NCBI GenBank assembly: GCA_022450705.1
Contig: JAKUPP010000003.1
Location: forward strand, 1-49,829
Length of the DNA stretch: 49,829 nt
From: Alphaproteobacteria bacterium
GTDB taxonomy: Bacteria; Pseudomonadota; Alphaproteobacteria; GCA-002720895
Reading direction: 5' to 3'
Within the stretch, counting starts at the first letter, position 1. Every line of letters begins with the position of its first letter. The position numbers and the translations under genes are program-made. The notes under the pieces were generated by a model. The model ran no database searches. It was not told the DNA's origin and saw only the letters and a program-made list of their open reading frames with translations. Shown one piece after another: positions 40,287 to 49,829 of this stretch.

Positions 40287-40475
40287 ATAGTACAAATATT
40301 TATAAGAGATAATAATCTAGAAATTGCATTAAAAATTCTCAAAAAAAAAATGCAGCAAGAAGGTTTATTTAAAGAAATGAAGTTAAGAAGACACTATGAA
40401 AAACCTTCAGTTAAAAAAAAGAGGGTAGCTTCGGAAGTTTTAAGAAGAAAAAGAAAGTTTCAAAGAAGGTATTAA
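40287..40475 (+). CDS. rpsU: 30S ribosomal protein S21, non-canonical ATA start
   Basis: The translation (M)[61 protein letters not shown] matches the alphaproteobacterial S21 pattern MVQVFVRDNN...[13 protein letters not shown]. The frame opens at 40263 after a TAA. No ATG/GTG/TTG occurs before the ATG at 40350. AAGGT lies 7 nt upstream of the ATA. Confidence 0.8.
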   Translation: MVQIFIRDNNLEIALKILKKKMQQEGLFKEMKLRRHYEKPSVKKKRVASEVLRRKRKFQRRY

Positions 40476-41806
40476 CTTATTATTCTATTTCTTTCCTTTA
40501 ATATTCTTTTTTCATCAAAATCTTTAATCAAATCTTTAAATAATTTATGCCAATTTAATTTTACATCTAATTTCATAAACAACGACCCCATTCCTATAGC
40601 TGCTCTATCAATAAAAACAAATTCTTTCGGTGGTTCCACGCCTCCAATTTTCTTTAATTCTTTATAAACATTATTTGCTACATCTATTCCATAGCCTCTA
40701 TTCTTCTCTCCTTGGATTAATCTTTTTTTATCTTCTAGCAATGGTCCGTATATGTATGAAGCCCACAAATTTAAAATTTTAATTAACCCTTTATTAATTT
40801 TTTTAAAACCCCATGTTTTATATGCTTCAATAGTTAAATCCTCGTCTTTTTTCTCAAGTGCATAATATAAATTTAGAACTGCTTTAACAAATTTAATAGG
40901 AAAAAATCTTACGCAACCGAAATCAAACAAATTTATATCACCATTTTTTTTAAAAGAATAATTGCCAAAATGTGGGTCACCGTGAATGACGCAAAATTTA
41001 TAAAAAGGCATATACCATGTATTAAAAATATTTGTTGCTATTCTTTCAGAAAATTCTTTTTTATTTTTTGAATATTTAATTACATCTTCTAATGACTGCC
41101 CTTGAAGCCAACTCATTGTTATTAATCTTTTTGTTGAACAATTTTTATAAATTCTTGGAATATTGACAGATTTGTTTGAGTTGAATATTTTTTCAAAAAT
41201 TTTAATATTTTTTATTTCATTTACATAATCAATCTCTTCGACTAGGCGATCTTTTATTTCTAAAAAAATTTTTTTTGTTTTAATAGCTTTATTGTATTTT
41301 TCGAATAAATTTAAAACTATTTTAAATTGATTTAAATCTGCGTTGACTGCTGATTGCATGTTTGGATATTGAAGTTTGCAAGCTACTATATCTCCATTTT
41401 TTAATTTTGCTTTATGAACTTGCCCAAGTGATGCTGCATATGATGCAGTAGTGTTAAAATTTAAAAAAAATTTCTTCCAATTTTCTCCTAATTCATTTGC
41501 CATTCTTCTTGTAACAAAAGATTCCCCCATTGAAGGTGCGTGTGATTGTAATTGCATTAATTGATTTGAATACTCTATTGGTAAAGCATCAGGGATCATG
41601 GAAACAAGCTGGGCAATCTTCATAAAGGGGCCTTTAACTTCTCCTAGATCTTTTTTTAAATTTAAAGCATGTTTATTCTTATCAATATCCATGCCTAAAA
41701 ATTTGTTAGCGCCTAATTTAGCTAACAAACCTCCAACTTGGCCAGATAACTGAATATATCTACTTGCTCTTTTTGAGAACTTATCTTTATCTAAAATATT
41801 GTTCAA
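40472..41806 (-). CDS. ABC1/UbiB-family atypical kinase
   Basis: ASLGQVHKA and HGDPHFGN kinase-like motifs. It is 444 aa with no C-terminal TM visible. Confidence 0.8.
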   Translation of the reverse strand: MNNILDKDKFSKRASRYIQLSGQVGGLLAKLGANKFLGMDIDKNKHALNLKKDLGEVKGPFMKIAQLVSMIPDALPIEYSNQLMQLQSHAPSMGESFVTRRMANELGENWKKFFLNFNTTASYAASLGQVHKAKLKNGDIVACKLQYPNMQSAVNADLNQFKIVLNLFEKYNKAIKTKKIFLEIKDRLVEEIDYVNEIKNIKIFEKIFNSNKSVNIPRIYKNCSTKRLITMSWLQGQSLEDVIKYSKNKKEFSERIATNIFNTWYMPFYKFCVIHGDPHFGNYSFKKNGDINLFDFGCVRFFPIKFVKAVLNLYYALEKKDEDLTIEAYKTWGFKKINKGLIKILNLWASYIYGPLLEDKKRLIQGEKNRGYGIDVANNVYKELKKIGGVEPPKEFVFIDRAAIGMGSLFMKLDVKLNWHKLFKDLIKDFDEKRILKERNRIIS

Positions 41807-41876
41807 TTTATTTATAATTCTAAAATATACAATTGATAATAAAATATATAGAACAATTTAAATATCAATTGCTCAT

Positions 41877-43613
41877 ATGATAAATATTAAAAAAGAATTT
41901 AATTGGAAAACATTGCCAGAATTATTTTTCGAAGAAGCAGAAAAACAATTAGATAAGCCTCTACTTTGGCACAAAATAAATAATCAATATAAGTCATATT
42001 CTTGGAAAATTGTAAGAAAAAGAATTTTATTGCTTTCATCAAAACTTATTCAGTTAGGAATTAAAAAAGGTGACAAGGTTATAATTGTTTCAGAAAACAA
42101 TCCTAATTGGTTTATTACTGATTTTGCCATAATGCTTGCAGGGGGTATAACTGTTCCTGCTTATACCACATATACACAAAAGGATTATGAATTCTTAATA
42201 AAAGACAGCAAGGCAAAAATGGCATTTATTTCAAACAAAAAATTATTTTTAAACTTTTTACCTGCAATGAAAAATAATAAACAAATTAAAAATATTTTTT
42301 CTTATGAAATAATAAATCATGGTGTAAATGAAAATATAATTTGTATAGAAGATGTCTGGAAAGAAAAAATAAGAAATGAGGTTGTAAAAATAAAAATAAC
42401 TGAAGATGATCCTGCGTGTATAATTTATACTTCTGGAACTAGTGGTGAGCCAAAAGGTGTAATTTTAACTCATAAATCTATTCGCTCAAATTTAATTGGG
42501 TCTTTGGATATTTTTAGAAATATAAATTTTAATAATGAAAGATACATTTCTTTTTTACCTTTATCTCATTCATATGAACATACTGCTGGTCAATTTATGC
42601 CATTACTTACATCAAGTGAAATTTTCTATGCGGAAAATTTGGACAAACTATTTACTAATTTTAAAGAAGTTAACCCAACTTATATTTCTGCGGTTCCCCG
42701 ATTCTACGAAGCTATTTATAAGAAAATATTGAATAACTTTTCTAAAAATAAAATATTAGAAAAAATTTTTAATATAAATTTAAGTTTAGGAAAAAGAATT
42801 TATTTAAATCAAAAAAAAATCTTACTCATAACACGTTTTTTTAAATTTTTTTTTAAAATTATAATTGATAATAAAATAAAAAAAATTTTTGGAAAAAATT
42901 TAAAATTTTTTATTTCTGGTGGTGGTGCATTAAGCTACGATATTAATATTTTTTTTGAATCAATTGGGATAAAAATTTTACAAGGATACGGTTTAACAGA
43001 AACCTCTCCTACTGTTAGCTGTAATCGTCCAGAATTAAATAAAATAGGAACAGTTGGCCCAGCTATAAAAGGTGTTGAAGTAAAAATAGCTGATGATGGT
43101 GAAATATTAGTAAAGGGTGATAATTTAATGAAAGGTTATTTAGGAAAAAAAAAAGAAACTAAAGAAAAAATAAAAAATAATTGGTTATATACTGGAGACA
43201 TAGGTGAATTTGATAAAGACAATCACTTAATAATAACTGATAGAAAGAAAGATATAATCGTGACAACGGGTGGGGACAATATTGCTCCACAGAAAATAGA
43301 AAATTTATTCAAAACGTTTGATACAGAGGCTGAAGTAGTGATATTTGGGGACAACAAACCTTTCTTAATAGCTTGTGTAATTATTAAACATGAGAAATTA
43401 ACGGATGTAGAGGCAAGAAACGCAATGAAAAAAATTGATTTATATATAAAAAGACTAAATAAAATATTATCTCCTATAGAAAAAATAAGAAAACATCATT
43501 ATTTTTTTAATAAACTAGATCAAAAAAGTGGCTTATTAACACCAACAATGAAGATTAAAAGAAATAAAGTTTATGAAAAATATAAAAAAGAAATTGAGAA
43601 ATTATATAATTAA
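41877..43613 (+). CDS. long-chain acyl-CoA synthetase (AMP-forming)
   Basis: AMP-binding motif IYTSGTSGEPKGV, plus GYGLTE, TGDIG and a terminal TMKIKR. Confidence 0.88.
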   Translation: MINIKKEFNWKTLPELFFEEAEKQLDKPLLWHKINNQYKSYSWKIVRKRILLLSSKLIQLGIKKGDKVIIVSENNPNWFITDFAIMLAGGITVPAYTTYTQKDYEFLIKDSKAKMAFISNKKLFLNFLPAMKNNKQIKNIFSYEIINHGVNENIICIEDVWKEKIRNEVVKIKITEDDPACIIYTSGTSGEPKGVILTHKSIRSNLIGSLDIFRNINFNNERYISFLPLSHSYEHTAGQFMPLLTSSEIFYAENLDKLFTNFKEVNPTYISAVPRFYEAIYKKILNNFSKNKILEKIFNINLSLGKRIYLNQKKILLITRFFKFFFKIIIDNKIKKIFGKNLKFFISGGGALSYDINIFFESIGIKILQGYGLTETSPTVSCNRPELNKIGTVGPAIKGVEVKIADDGEILVKGDNLMKGYLGKKKETKEKIKNNWLYTGDIGEFDKDNHLIITDRKKDIIVTTGGDNIAPQKIENLFKTFDTEAEVVIFGDNKPFLIACVIIKHEKLTDVEARNAMKKIDLYIKRLNKILSPIEKIRKHHYFFNKLDQKSGLLTPTMKIKRNKVYEKYKKEIEKLYN

Positions 43614-44584
43614 ATAATATTATGATAATTTTTGTACCATGCGACAAATTTTTCTAAACCTTCTTTTAAATTAGTTTTCGGTTTAAATCTTAAATCCTTT
43701 TTACTCTCTTTAATGTTTGCATAAGTATGACGAACATCTCCAGGCTGCATTCTTTTTTTATTTATCTTTGCTTTTCTTTGACATAGCATTTCTAATAAAG
43801 AAATCATTTTTAAAAGTTTTTGAGGTTTGTTGTTTCCTAAATTATAAATTTTGTGGATGTTATCTTTTCTTTTCTTAATCTTTATTAACGGAGTAATACC
43901 ATTAATTATATCGTCAATAAAGGTAAAGTCTCTTTCCATTCTTCCAAAATTAAATAAATCTAAAGTTTTATTCTGGAAAATATTTTTTGTAAAAATATAT
44001 GCTGCCATATCTGGTCTTCCCCAAGGTCCATAAACAGAAAAAAATCTTAAACCTGTGCAATTAATATTAAACATTTTTGAATATGATTGCGTAATTAATT
44101 CACCAGATCTTTTTGAAGCTCCGTATAAAGATATTGGATTATCAACTCTATCATCTATTGAAAAGGGGGTTTTTTTGTTAGAACCATAAACAGAAGAGGA
44201 ACTTGCATAAATTAAGTGTTCAAAATTTTTTATTTTTTTTGCTAGTTCTAATATTGATATTTGGGCCTTAACATTACTTTCAATATATTTATATGGATGG
44301 GTAATGGAGTATCTTACGCCAGCTTGCGCTGCAAGATGTATTATTATTCTAAAATTTTTTGCTATTGGATATATTTTTTTTACGAAATTAGCATCGGAAA
44401 TATCTATTTTTTTAAATTTAAAGTTTTTTTTTCCTAATAAAATTTTTAATCTATTTTTTTTTAATTTCACATCATAATAATTGTTTATATTATCAATTCC
44501 TAAAATCTGATGTTTGTCTTCTAATAATCTTTTACATAAATGAAATCCTATAAAACCTGCAGTTCCTGTTACTAAAATTTTCAT
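43610..44584 (-). CDS. NAD-dependent nucleotide-sugar epimerase (UDP-glucuronate 4-epimerase-like)
   Basis: VTGTAGFIGFH Rossmann motif, the SSSSVYG...YGASK catalytic triad context, and RFFSVYGPWGRPDMA. Confidence 0.85.
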   Translation of the reverse strand: MKILVTGTAGFIGFHLCKRLLEDKHQILGIDNINNYYDVKLKKNRLKILLGKKNFKFKKIDISDANFVKKIYPIAKNFRIIIHLAAQAGVRYSITHPYKYIESNVKAQISILELAKKIKNFEHLIYASSSSVYGSNKKTPFSIDDRVDNPISLYGASKRSGELITQSYSKMFNINCTGLRFFSVYGPWGRPDMAAYIFTKNIFQNKTLDLFNFGRMERDFTFIDDIINGITPLIKIKKRKDNIHKIYNLGNNKPQKLLKMISLLEMLCQRKAKINKKRMQPGDVRHTYANIKESKKDLRFKPKTNLKEGLEKFVAWYKNYHNII

Positions 44585-44599
44585 GCTATAAACTTTCCT

Positions 44600-44860
44600 T
44601 CATTTATTTGACAAAGGTTTTTGATATTTTCTTTTCCATTTGTCATATGACATTCCATAAATTATTTCTTTAGCTTCTTCGTAATTTAATTTTATTCCTC
44701 TTTTTTTCGCAGATGCCATGTACCATTTTGATAGACAATTTCTACAAAAATCAGCTGTATTCATCAAATCAATATTTTGAACATCTGTTCTCTTTTTAAA
44801 ATGTGTTATTAATTTTTGAAAAACTTCCGCTTCTATTTCAATTTTTTTTTTCTTGTCCAT
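44600..44860 (-). CDS. DUF1244 protein
   Basis: An 86-aa protein with DVQNIDLMNTADFCRNCLSKWY, the conserved DUF1244 core as I recall it. Confidence 0.7.
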   Translation of the reverse strand: MDKKKKIEIEAEVFQKLITHFKKRTDVQNIDLMNTADFCRNCLSKWYMASAKKRGIKLNYEEAKEIIYGMSYDKWKRKYQKPLSNK

Positions 44861-44863
44861 AAT

Positions 44864-45991
44864 TTAAAAATTCATTGTCTCTTTAACAAGAAATTTTAAA
44901 ACTTTATCTAGTGCTAATTTTTTATTATTTGATTTTTTCATTTCTTCTTTAAAGATTTTAATTTGTTTATCTGCACTGGTTCCAACTTTACATATATTTC
45001 TTATTTTTTTTACTTCTGACTCGCATTGCAGAATCTTCGCGTCTGCTTTTACCAAATCGATTAATTCATCTGCTAATTTTTTATAAGATACAAGTTTACT
45101 TTTACCAAAATCAACTAAACTTTTTTCAATTCCATATCTTTGCGCTCTCCATCTGTTTTCATCAATCAACATTTTTGAATACACTCTCCACTTTTTATTT
45201 TCTCTTCTTAATCTACATGCCATATGAATAGTACATAAATATAATGCCGCTATAGAAATAGCATCGTTTAATGATGTGCAAGTATCACAAATTCTCATTT
45301 CTAATGTAGGAAATTTTACATTAGGTCGTAGATCCCACCAAATAGTACTAGGGTCATCTAATATTCCTGAGTTTAATAAAATTTTTACATGTCTTTTATA
45401 TTCATTGTAACTATCGAATTGTTCTGGGAGTCCGGTTCTTGGTAATTCATCAAATACACTTACTCTATAAGATTTTAAACCTGTTAGTTCCCCTCTCCAG
45501 AAAGGAGAGGATGTGCTTAAAGCTAATAAATGAGGTAAAAAATAAGAAATTTGGTTCATTAAATCAATTCTTAATTCATTATCTGGTATTCCAACATGAA
45601 TATGCATTCCAGAAATAACTAATCTCCTCCCTACAATTTGAAATTTATCAGCTAAATTAAAATACCTTTTTTTTTGAGTGTGCTTTTGAGTTTCCCAATC
45701 AGAAAATGGATGTGTAGATACAGCAAGAAATTCAAGGTCATATCTTTTAAGTATTTTACTTACATTACTTCTTAAAAAAATTAAATTATCTTTTAAATCT
45801 TTAATTGAATTACAAACCTTTGTTCCAACTTCTATTTGAGATCTTAAAAACTCAGGCTTAACTTGACCTTTAAGTTTCTTTTTACAATCTCTCATTAAAC
45901 CTTTTGGCGGGTCTACAATTAACTCGCCGTTGTATTTATTTACAACTAAATATTCTTCTTCAAGTCCTACTGAAAAGAAGTTGTTTTTCAT
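44864..45991 (-). CDS. ybdK: carboxylate-amine ligase YbdK (GCS2 family)
   Basis: GLEEEY start, GMHIHVG, SSPFW.G and WWD.RP motifs. It is 375 aa. Confidence 0.88.
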   Translation of the reverse strand: MKNNFFSVGLEEEYLVVNKYNGELIVDPPKGLMRDCKKKLKGQVKPEFLRSQIEVGTKVCNSIKDLKDNLIFLRSNVSKILKRYDLEFLAVSTHPFSDWETQKHTQKKRYFNLADKFQIVGRRLVISGMHIHVGIPDNELRIDLMNQISYFLPHLLALSTSSPFWRGELTGLKSYRVSVFDELPRTGLPEQFDSYNEYKRHVKILLNSGILDDPSTIWWDLRPNVKFPTLEMRICDTCTSLNDAISIAALYLCTIHMACRLRRENKKWRVYSKMLIDENRWRAQRYGIEKSLVDFGKSKLVSYKKLADELIDLVKADAKILQCESEVKKIRNICKVGTSADKQIKIFKEEMKKSNNKKLALDKVLKFLVKETMNF

Positions 45992-46103
45992 GTTTTTTAT
46001 TATCTCTTTTAAAATTCATTAATATATAAGTAATATTTACAAAAAAACATGTAAAGAAACAAAAAAATTACTATTTATTAATTAGTAATTCAAAATTTTA
46101 AAT

Positions 46104-47525
46104 ATGAGAAGAATTAGGAAAGCTAAAATAATCGCAACATTAGGCCCTTCAAGTTCAGATATAAAAACAATAAAAAAACTTTTTTTATCTGGAGCAGATG
46201 TTTTTAGATTAAATTTTAGTCACGATGTTGCATCTACTCATATTAAAAGATTTAAACAAATAAGAGCTTTAGAAAAAAAAGTAAATAGACCTATAGGGAT
46301 TCTAATGGATCTTCAAGGTCCAAAATTAAGAGTAGGAAAGTTTAATAACGGGCCAATCTTCCTTAAAAATGGTAAAAAATTTATTTTTGATTTAGATCCA
46401 GCTCCAGGAAGTAAACATAGAGCTTTTTTACCACATAAAGAAATTTTTAAAAAAATAAAAAAAGGAAATAAAATTTTAGTTGATGATGGTAAGCTAACTT
46501 TAATTGTTACAAAAAAGAATAGTACTTATATAGAAACAAAAGTAAAATTTAGTGGTTTTATATCTAGTAATAAAGGTTTTAATATACCTAACCTAAAATC
46601 AACTGCTAATTCTTTAACAACTAAAGATAAAGAGGATTTAAAATTAGCATTAAAATTAGGTGTTGATTGGATTGCATTATCATTCGTAGAAACAGAAAAG
46701 GATGTTTTAAATTTCAAAAAAATAATAAAAAACAAAGCATCTGTATTAACTAAACTTGAAAAACCAGTTGCCCTTAAAAATTTACATAAAATAATCGAAG
46801 TTTCTGACGCCATTATGATTGCAAGAGGTGACCTTGGAATAGAGGCTCCTTTAGAAACGTTGCCTAGCGAGCAAAAAAGAATTATCAATGCATGTAGACA
46901 GGCTGGGAAACCTGTTGTTGTTGCAACTCAAATGCTTGATTCGATGGTAAATTACCCAACTCCTACTAGAGCAGAGGCATCAGATGTTGCGACAGCTATT
47001 TACGATGGAACAGATGCTGTCATGCTGTCAGCTGAAACTGCTATAGGTTCTTATCCTAATGAATCAGTAAAAATGATGGATAAAATAATTGAAAAAGTTG
47101 AAGGCGATCCACTCTATTTAAGTATAAATGAGGCGAGTCATGTTAAAGCAGAGTCAACTGCTGAAGATGCAATAACAGAATCAGCAAAATACGTAGCAAG
47201 AATTATGTCTGCTAAAGCTGTGATTACGTATACAACATCTGGCTCAACGGCTTTAAGAGCAGCTAGAGAAAGGCCCGATGTTCCAATTTTAGGAATATCA
47301 CCTAACTTAAATACCGCTAGAAGTTTAGCGTTAGTTTGGGGAGTTCATTGTATTCATACAAAAGATGCTAGAAGTTTTAAAGATATGGTTTTGAAAGCAG
47401 GAAGACTTGCTAAAAAAGAAAAATTTGCTAAAAAAGGCGACCGAGTTGTAATAACAGCCGGAGTTCCATTTGGTCAAAGTGGAGCTACAAACGTTCTTAG
47501 AATTGCTTCAGTAGATAGATATTAA
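46104..47525 (+). CDS. pyk: pyruvate kinase
   Basis: KIIATLGPS, RLNFSHD, MIARGDLGIE and ATQMLDSM. Confidence 0.96.
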   Translation: MRRIRKAKIIATLGPSSSDIKTIKKLFLSGADVFRLNFSHDVASTHIKRFKQIRALEKKVNRPIGILMDLQGPKLRVGKFNNGPIFLKNGKKFIFDLDPAPGSKHRAFLPHKEIFKKIKKGNKILVDDGKLTLIVTKKNSTYIETKVKFSGFISSNKGFNIPNLKSTANSLTTKDKEDLKLALKLGVDWIALSFVETEKDVLNFKKIIKNKASVLTKLEKPVALKNLHKIIEVSDAIMIARGDLGIEAPLETLPSEQKRIINACRQAGKPVVVATQMLDSMVNYPTPTRAEASDVATAIYDGTDAVMLSAETAIGSYPNESVKMMDKIIEKVEGDPLYLSINEASHVKAESTAEDAITESAKYVARIMSAKAVITYTTSGSTALRAARERPDVPILGISPNLNTARSLALVWGVHCIHTKDARSFKDMVLKAGRLAKKEKFAKKGDRVVITAGVPFGQSGATNVLRIASVDRY

Positions 47526-47534
47526 AAAAAACAA

Positions 47535-47660
47535 TTATCCTTGTCTTGCTTTAAATCTAGGATTTGATTTATTGATAACATAAATTCGCCCTTTTCGACG
47601 AACGACTTTACACTTTAAATGTCGACCTTTAGCAGATTTTAATGAACTTAATACTTTCAT
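47535..47660 (-). CDS. rpmJ: 50S ribosomal protein L36 (not in the ORF track, 41 aa)
   Basis: The reverse-strand translation [41 protein letters not shown] matches the L36 pattern ...[18 protein letters not shown]. Confidence 0.9.
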   Translation of the reverse strand: MKVLSSLKSAKGRHLKCKVVRRKGRIYVINKSNPRFKARQG

Positions 47661-47673
47661 AAAAAAACTTCTT

Positions 47674-48648
47674 TTAATTTTTGAAATCTAATAGTTTTTT
47701 TATTTTTGTCAAGATTGATGGTCTATATTGAACACCAATAATCTCAAATGGTCCTGGCGGCACATCTTTTTCATCACCAAACAAATGTCCAAATTGTGCT
47801 TGAAGAACCCATGCTATTTTTCCTTTAATTGCTACAGTTGTAGGAGTGTCTAAATTATCTTTAAGAATATTAAGTGTAATTGGATCCGATAAATTTATAT
47901 TTGTTAAGCTACCTTTATTTTCAACAACTAATAAATTGTTTTTGTCTATTGCTTTAATACCATCTGGAGCATTTAATGGTCGTGGTAAATCTATTTTGGT
48001 AAAATTAAAAGGTTTTCCATTTTCACCAACTTCTATTTTAAATAATTCTCCAGAATTCATTTTTACAGTATAAATTTTATTATCTATAAATGTAATTCCA
48101 TTAAGGTTGAATCCTTCGCCTTTAAAATCATCGTTTTCAAACCAAGTTTCAAGTCTAGACTCTGATTTATTTAAACGTAGAATCCGTGGATTAAAAGAAT
48201 CTGTAACGTAAATATTATGATTTGAATCTAACGTGATATCATTACAAAAACCTCCGTTAGGAAACTCATAACTTTTTAGAAAATCTCCAGAGTTTAAATC
48301 AAAAGCTTTAAGTGACACTAAACCATCTGATGGAAAATTTGAGACTCCTGGATTAGAAGAACAAGCCCACAAAATTTTATTACGATCATCAGCTAATATA
48401 CCAATAACAGAATTTAAATTATTTGAATTGGATGGAATAAATATTTCAGCTTCTTTTTTTTTATTTTTAAACCTTATAATTTTATTTTCTTTTAAACTAC
48501 CAACAAATAAATTGCCACTCTTTGAGACAGTTATCCCTTCTGGGAAAAAATTATCTTCTAAATATAAAACATCTATAGCTAATATATTTTTTGGTAATAC
48601 GTGTGAGAAAAACAATAATAAAAAAAAATATTTTAAGTTAAATTTCAT
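47674..48648 (-). CDS. secreted beta-propeller protein (SMP-30/gluconolactonase/NHL-like)
   Basis: Signal peptide [25 protein letters not shown] prefer this start over 48684. Blade motifs repeat (G..V...G.L(F/Y)V(G/T)D). Confidence 0.55.
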   Translation of the reverse strand: MKFNLKYFFLLLFFSHVLPKNILAIDVLYLEDNFFPEGITVSKSGNLFVGSLKENKIIRFKNKKKEAEIFIPSNSNNLNSVIGILADDRNKILWACSSNPGVSNFPSDGLVSLKAFDLNSGDFLKSYEFPNGGFCNDITLDSNHNIYVTDSFNPRILRLNKSESRLETWFENDDFKGEGFNLNGITFIDNKIYTVKMNSGELFKIEVGENGKPFNFTKIDLPRPLNAPDGIKAIDKNNLLVVENKGSLTNINLSDPITLNILKDNLDTPTTVAIKGKIAWVLQAQFGHLFGDEKDVPPGPFEIIGVQYRPSILTKIKKLLDFKN

Positions 48649-48685
48649 AATAACTTCTTTTATTAAAAATAAAAAAAAAAGCAAG

Positions 48686-49786
48686 TTACAATTTAGTTAA
48701 GTTAAGATAAATTTTTGAAATATAACTAGCGTGTTTTTGTACATTAAACTTTTCTTTTGCGTATTTTTCTGCTCTTTCTATTGTTTTTTTTAAATTATTT
48801 TTTTTTAAACCTAAAATTTTAATTGATACGTTAATAAGTTCGTTTAAATTATTTTTTTCAACTAGCCAACCATTAAATTTATCTTTAATAATTTCTTTGT
48901 GCGCTCCTGAATCAACAGCAATGACAGGAATTTTTGATAACATTCCTTCCACAATTGTTCTATTAAAACCTTCATTTTCAGAAGTTACAATAAGTAAGTC
49001 GCAATTTTTAAGCCATTGCTCTTTATATTTTGAATATCCTACATAAATTATACTTTTTGATAAGTTGCTACTTAATATCTTTTTTTTATCAGAGCCGACA
49101 ATAAAAAACTTTGAATTTGGCAAAATTTTAGAAATAGGATGAGCGATTTTAATAAAAAGATCTACTCTTTTAGTTTCAATAATATTTGCAAGAAACAAAA
49201 TCTTTTTAATTTTTTTATTTTTTAAATCTTTATTTTGTAAAATATTCTTTTTTGTTTTATTTATAGAAACAGGATTAAATATTTTTTCCGATTTTTTCTT
49301 ATTAAAATTTGGAAGACTTTTATAAACAAAATCAGATATACAAACTATCTTTTCACTAAAAAAAGATAAAGTTTTATAAAGCATCCAATTTGGAAAAACA
49401 ACTCGCTGATGCCAAACTATTTTTGCCTTACTTAATTTTGATGGTATTACCCATGTTAGTCCAGCGCTTGCATCATTAAGATGTACAATGTCAATATTAT
49501 TTTTATTAATAAATGAAGTTAATCTAAAAATATTAATTAAAATATTTAAGAAATTAATAATAATTCCTTTTTTTTGACCTACGAAATTTTTTATTTCTAA
49601 AAAAATTGGTTTGATGCCTTCACTAACTAAATGTTTAGACAAAACTCCTTTTTTATGAACTAATAATTTTATATCAAATTTTGATTTATCTAGTGCCTTA
49701 ATTAATTCTATTGATGATAAATGGCTTCCGCCAATACTATCGCCAACAAAGGGAAAACAAACTCGTACTTTGTTTTTTTCATTCAT
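48686..49786 (-). CDS. family-1/GT4-type glycosyltransferase
   Basis: The N-terminus has GGSH, and the C-terminus has the SENEGFNRTIVEGM (EX7E) motif. It is 366 aa. Confidence 0.8.
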   Translation of the reverse strand: MNEKNKVRVCFPFVGDSIGGSHLSSIELIKALDKSKFDIKLLVHKKGVLSKHLVSEGIKPIFLEIKNFVGQKKGIIINFLNILINIFRLTSFINKNNIDIVHLNDASAGLTWVIPSKLSKAKIVWHQRVVFPNWMLYKTLSFFSEKIVCISDFVYKSLPNFNKKKSEKIFNPVSINKTKKNILQNKDLKNKKIKKILFLANIIETKRVDLFIKIAHPISKILPNSKFFIVGSDKKKILSSNLSKSIIYVGYSKYKEQWLKNCDLLIVTSENEGFNRTIVEGMLSKIPVIAVDSGAHKEIIKDKFNGWLVEKNNLNELINVSIKILGLKKNNLKKTIERAEKYAKEKFNVQKHASYISKIYLNLTKL

Positions 49787-49829
49787 TAAAAAATTAATTA
49801 AAAAAATTTACAATCTTTAAGTGTGTTTG

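Noticed and set aside
46066-46090. Inverted repeat AATTACTA-N9-TAGTAATT in the ybdK/pyk divergent spacer, sharing the 8-mer TAGTAATT with the 18160 palindrome
   Set aside because: This AT-rich 8-mer is expected several times by chance in 100 kb of two-strand sequence at this composition. The arm orientation also differs between the two sites.

Overview
This is a strongly AT-rich, extremely gene-dense chromosomal segment. Most intergenic spacers are under 50 bp and many neighbouring genes overlap by 1-8 nt. The synteny is alphaproteobacterial: tolQ-tolR-tolA-tolB-pal-cpoB-tilS-ftsH-folP-glmM, an RluA-family synthase followed by rpoH, a DUF1013 gene, and tkt-gap-fba(class I). Composition and packing fit a streamlined marine alphaproteobacterium of the SAR11/Pelagibacterales type, but that assignment is inference only. 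I can support about 55 protein-coding genes. Two of them are missing from the ORF track: rpmJ, and an rpsU with no canonical start codon. I also support one TPP riboswitch and two intrinsic terminators. I see no tRNA/rRNA, CRISPR array, transposase, integrase or prophage. The window is mostly core housekeeping. Five observations deserve a second look. (1) A 102-aa ORF with a minimal PD-(D/E)XK, Hjc-like nuclease motif sits alone in the yebC-[ruvCAB-ybgC]-tolQ slot and may be a non-orthologous replacement of RuvC. (2) rpsU must initiate at a non-canonical ATA codon. (3) A riboswitch-controlled thiC is present in a lineage type reported to lack thiC. (4) A six-gene envelope ABC operon (GldA/F/G-like plus a DUF4340-like gene and two small envelope proteins) has no known substrate. 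(5) An orphan small membrane-protein gene has a strong SD, a palindromic leader and its own terminator.
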